Shown here in pieces: positions 5,901-10,388 of a stretch of DNA of 10,388 bases (its first letter is position 1; each line of letters opens with the position of its first letter). Source of the DNA: an uncultured Candidatus Saccharibacteria bacterium (GTDB lineage: Bacteria; Patescibacteriota; Minisyncoccia; UBA6257; UBA11618); NCBI GenBank assembly GCA_964432405.1, contig CAYSNH010000003.1, positions 35,330 to 45,717 on the forward strand, given 5' to 3'. The notes under the pieces are model-generated. The model was not told where the DNA came from. It saw only the letters and a list, made by a program, of their open reading frames with translations, and searched no databases. Both the position numbers and the translations under genes were made by a program.

Positions 5901-5906
5901 TCTAAC

Positions 5907-8916
<3,010 letters not shown>

Positions 8917-8922
8917 ATTACC

Positions 8923-8949
8923 TCATTAAATCGGTCATTTAAATGTTGA
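8923..8949 (+). other. 3' arm of the 23S rRNA processing stem
   Basis: tcattaaatcggtcatttaaatgttga is complementary to 5874-5900. Confidence 0.8.
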
Positions 8950-8972
8950 TCATAATGATTTTCTATATTGGT

Positions 8973-9088
8973 TTCCTGGTGATTAGGTTTTTCAGGTAAC
9001 ATCTCTTCCCATTTCGAACAGAGTCATGAAACTGTTTAACTCTGATGATACTTGGTTGCGGCCCGGGAAAGTAGGATTTGCCAGGATA
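8973..9088 (+). rRNA. rrf: 5S ribosomal RNA
   Basis: It aligns with E. coli 5S landmarks. These are cctggtg (helix I 5' strand), cccatttcgaacagagtcatgaaac (vs CCCAUGCCGAACUCAGAAGUGAAAC), gatgatact (vs GAUGGUAGU), and ggaaagtaggatttgccagga (vs GAGAGUAGGGAACUGCCAGG). Helix I pairs 8974-8980 with 9080-9086. The 5S starts about 57 nt after the 23S 3' end. Confidence 0.9.
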
Positions 9089-9091
9089 CCA

Positions 9092-9535
9092 ATGCAGAAA
9101 ATTGTAAAAAGTTTAATTGCTGGAGCGAGTTTTATTGGTTTTTTAGACTCAGTTTATCTAACGCAACAACATTTTGTTAACAATCAAGGCTGCTCTATCG
9201 TTGGTGGTTGTGACAAGGTAACTGGTAGCGTTTACGCTACTTTAGGAGGATTACCCATCGCCTTATTAGGCGCTATTTTTTATTTCATAATATTTGCTTT
9301 AGCAGTTGATTATCTGATTAACAATAGGAAGAAAATGATTAAAAATATTTTCCACCTTAGTATTCCAGCCTTCCTATTTTCATTGTGGCTAGTCTATCTT
9401 CAACTCTTCACTCTTGAAGCAGTCTGTTTTTATTGCATGATCTCAGCTTCAATGATAACCATTATTTTTTTAGGCAGTTGGTTTGTCTCGAGGGACAAAT
9501 TGAAGTATTCTCTAAGTAATGAAAAGAATTTTTAA
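9092..9535 (+). CDS. Stand-alone VKOR-family (vitamin K epoxide reductase-like) membrane thiol oxidoreductase, 147 aa
   Basis: Four TM helices are present. Loop cysteines C-x5-C (GCSIVGGCDKV) are followed by GSVYATLGGLPIALLGA, and a CxxC (CFYC) sits in the last helix. This is the conserved VKOR arrangement, as in bacterial homologues with Cys50/Cys56 and CxxC. I chose the ATG at 9092 because the ORF-track start 9026 lies inside the 5S rRNA. There is no fused thioredoxin-like domain. Confidence 0.8.
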   Translation: MQKIVKSLIAGASFIGFLDSVYLTQQHFVNNQGCSIVGGCDKVTGSVYATLGGLPIALLGAIFYFIIFALAVDYLINNRKKMIKNIFHLSIPAFLFSLWLVYLQLFTLEAVCFYCMISASMITIIFLGSWFVSRDKLKYSLSNEKNF

Positions 9536-10280
9536 ACAGATCTTTTACGGTCTTCTATACTTCATTATTCTCCTAGCTATCATCCTAGGAATTTATTTCC
9601 TTTTCTTCCAAAGAGAGCTTTCCTGTTTTGATAATATTAAAAACCAAGATGAGGTTGGTGTAGATTGTGGAGGTATTTGTATCGATTGTGATTTGAAAAA
9701 TGTTAAGGATTTAATCGTTCAACCAGCTAATATTTTTGATAATGGTAATCGAACCACCACTATCCTAGCCACCATTTTAAATCCTAATAAAACTTTAGGA
9801 ATTGAAATTCTTCCTTATACCATCAAAGTATTTAACTTTGAAGATCAAGAAATCTACTCCGCTGATCGAAGAGCGTTTATCTATCCAGGTCAAAATAGGT
9901 TGGTTTTAGAGGCGGGCATTGATGTTGAGGCTAATAATATAAAATCAGCCACTATTACACTCGATTATGACGCTTCTGTTTGGAAAAAAATATCTCCTCC
10001 ACCTGCTAAATTAACTGATTTTCGAACCAGGGCTTTGGGTAATCAAATAGAGGTGGTTGGTAGGGTTATTAATGATAACGACTATCCTCTAGATCAAGTA
10101 GCGGTATTAGCGGTCTTTTCTAATAAAATAGGTATCAAGGCCGCTGCCTCTAAAACAGTTGTTGGTAAAGTGGAGCCATTTAGCTTCAAAACTTTTCAGA
10201 TCATTATTCCTCTTAAAGAGGGTCTTCTTTCCGAAATTAACTTAGACGAGGCTTTTATTGCTCTTGAGGCTAAGCGTTAA
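9519..10280 (+). CDS. Membrane-anchored hypothetical protein with an N-terminal TM helix, an extracytoplasmic 4-Cys motif (C-x13-CGG-x-C-x2-C) and two beta-rich modules
   Basis: The ORF is 253 aa and its ATG at 9519 overlaps the VKOR 3' end by 17 nt (possible translational coupling). IFYGLLYFIILLAIILGIYFLFF is followed by SCFDNIKNQDEVGVDCGGICIDCD. The remainder is rich in alternating beta-strand-like segments. I recognise no family. Confidence 0.8.
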   Translation: MKRIFKQIFYGLLYFIILLAIILGIYFLFFQRELSCFDNIKNQDEVGVDCGGICIDCDLKNVKDLIVQPANIFDNGNRTTTILATILNPNKTLGIEILPYTIKVFNFEDQEIYSADRRAFIYPGQNRLVLEAGIDVEANNIKSATITLDYDASVWKKISPPPAKLTDFRTRALGNQIEVVGRVINDNDYPLDQVAVLAVFSNKIGIKAAASKTVVGKVEPFSFKTFQIIIPLKEGLLSEINLDEAFIALEAKR

Positions 10281-10288
10281 CCCGCAAC

Positions 10289-10388
10289 TTTTCATTGACA
10301 AATATATTAACGCGTGTCATATTGCCCCACAGTACAGATACAAATTAACCTCAATGGTTTTTTAAAAGAAAGTCTTGTGATGAGTAGC
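10289..10388 (+). repeat. Copy B of the promoter + leader + start-codon module (runs off the window)
   Basis: 94/100 identical to 4694-4793. It contains TTGACA (10295-10300), N17, then TGT-CATATT (10318-10323). Confidence 0.95.
10380..10388 (+). CDS. First 3 codons (Met-Ser-Ser) of a gene truncated by the window edge, likely a paralogue of the 4785 gene
   Basis: ATG AGT AGC is homologous to ATG AGC AGT at 4785-4793. Both nucleotide differences in the Ser codons are synonymous. Only 9 nt are visible, so the paralogue call is inference. Confidence 0.45.

Noticed and set aside
5695-5906. Possible tRNA, SRP RNA or 6S RNA in the region upstream of the 23S
   Set aside because: There is no T-loop (GTTCGAATC-like) or cloverleaf, and no SRP domain IV motif. 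The length and structure do not fit 6S or tmRNA. The region is treated as an rRNA leader; an unknown sRNA remains possible (see findings).
9026-9091. ORF-track N-terminal extension of the VKOR gene (MKLFNSDDTWLRPGKVGFARIP)
   Set aside because: These 66 nt are the 3' half of the 5S rRNA. The VKOR first TM helix begins right after the Met at 9092.

Overview
The window is an AT-rich bacterial fragment with every supportable gene on the + strand. From left to right it holds: a 5'-truncated fibre/adhesin-like repeat protein with a dockerin-like module and a Cys-rich C-terminus; a large polytopic O-antigen-ligase-like (Wzy_C-type) membrane protein fused to C-terminal TPR repeats; a TM-helix-repeat membrane protein; a small 18-repeat pentapeptide-repeat protein; a self-contained small ORF (68 aa) with a strong Shine-Dalgarno; and a 23S-5S rRNA operon with its own promoter, leader and a 27-bp processing stem. 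No 16S or tRNA is present in the window. A stand-alone VKOR-family disulfide oxidoreductase starts 3-4 nt after the 5S rRNA and overlaps a membrane-anchored protein carrying an extracytoplasmic 4-Cys motif. A 100-nt promoter + leader + start-codon module at 4694-4793 recurs at 94% identity at 10289-10388 (window edge), so it brackets the rRNA/VKOR block. The gene content, the unlinked rRNA, the 23S expansion and the weak SD usage suggest a Candidate Phyla Radiation (Patescibacteria)-like genome, but this is inference. No database search or folding was possible, so all family calls come from motif recognition and hand alignment. The most interesting items are the protein-coding pair fused to the 3' end of the rRNA operon, the duplicated regulatory module, and the recurring theme of Cys-rich exported proteins next to VKOR.
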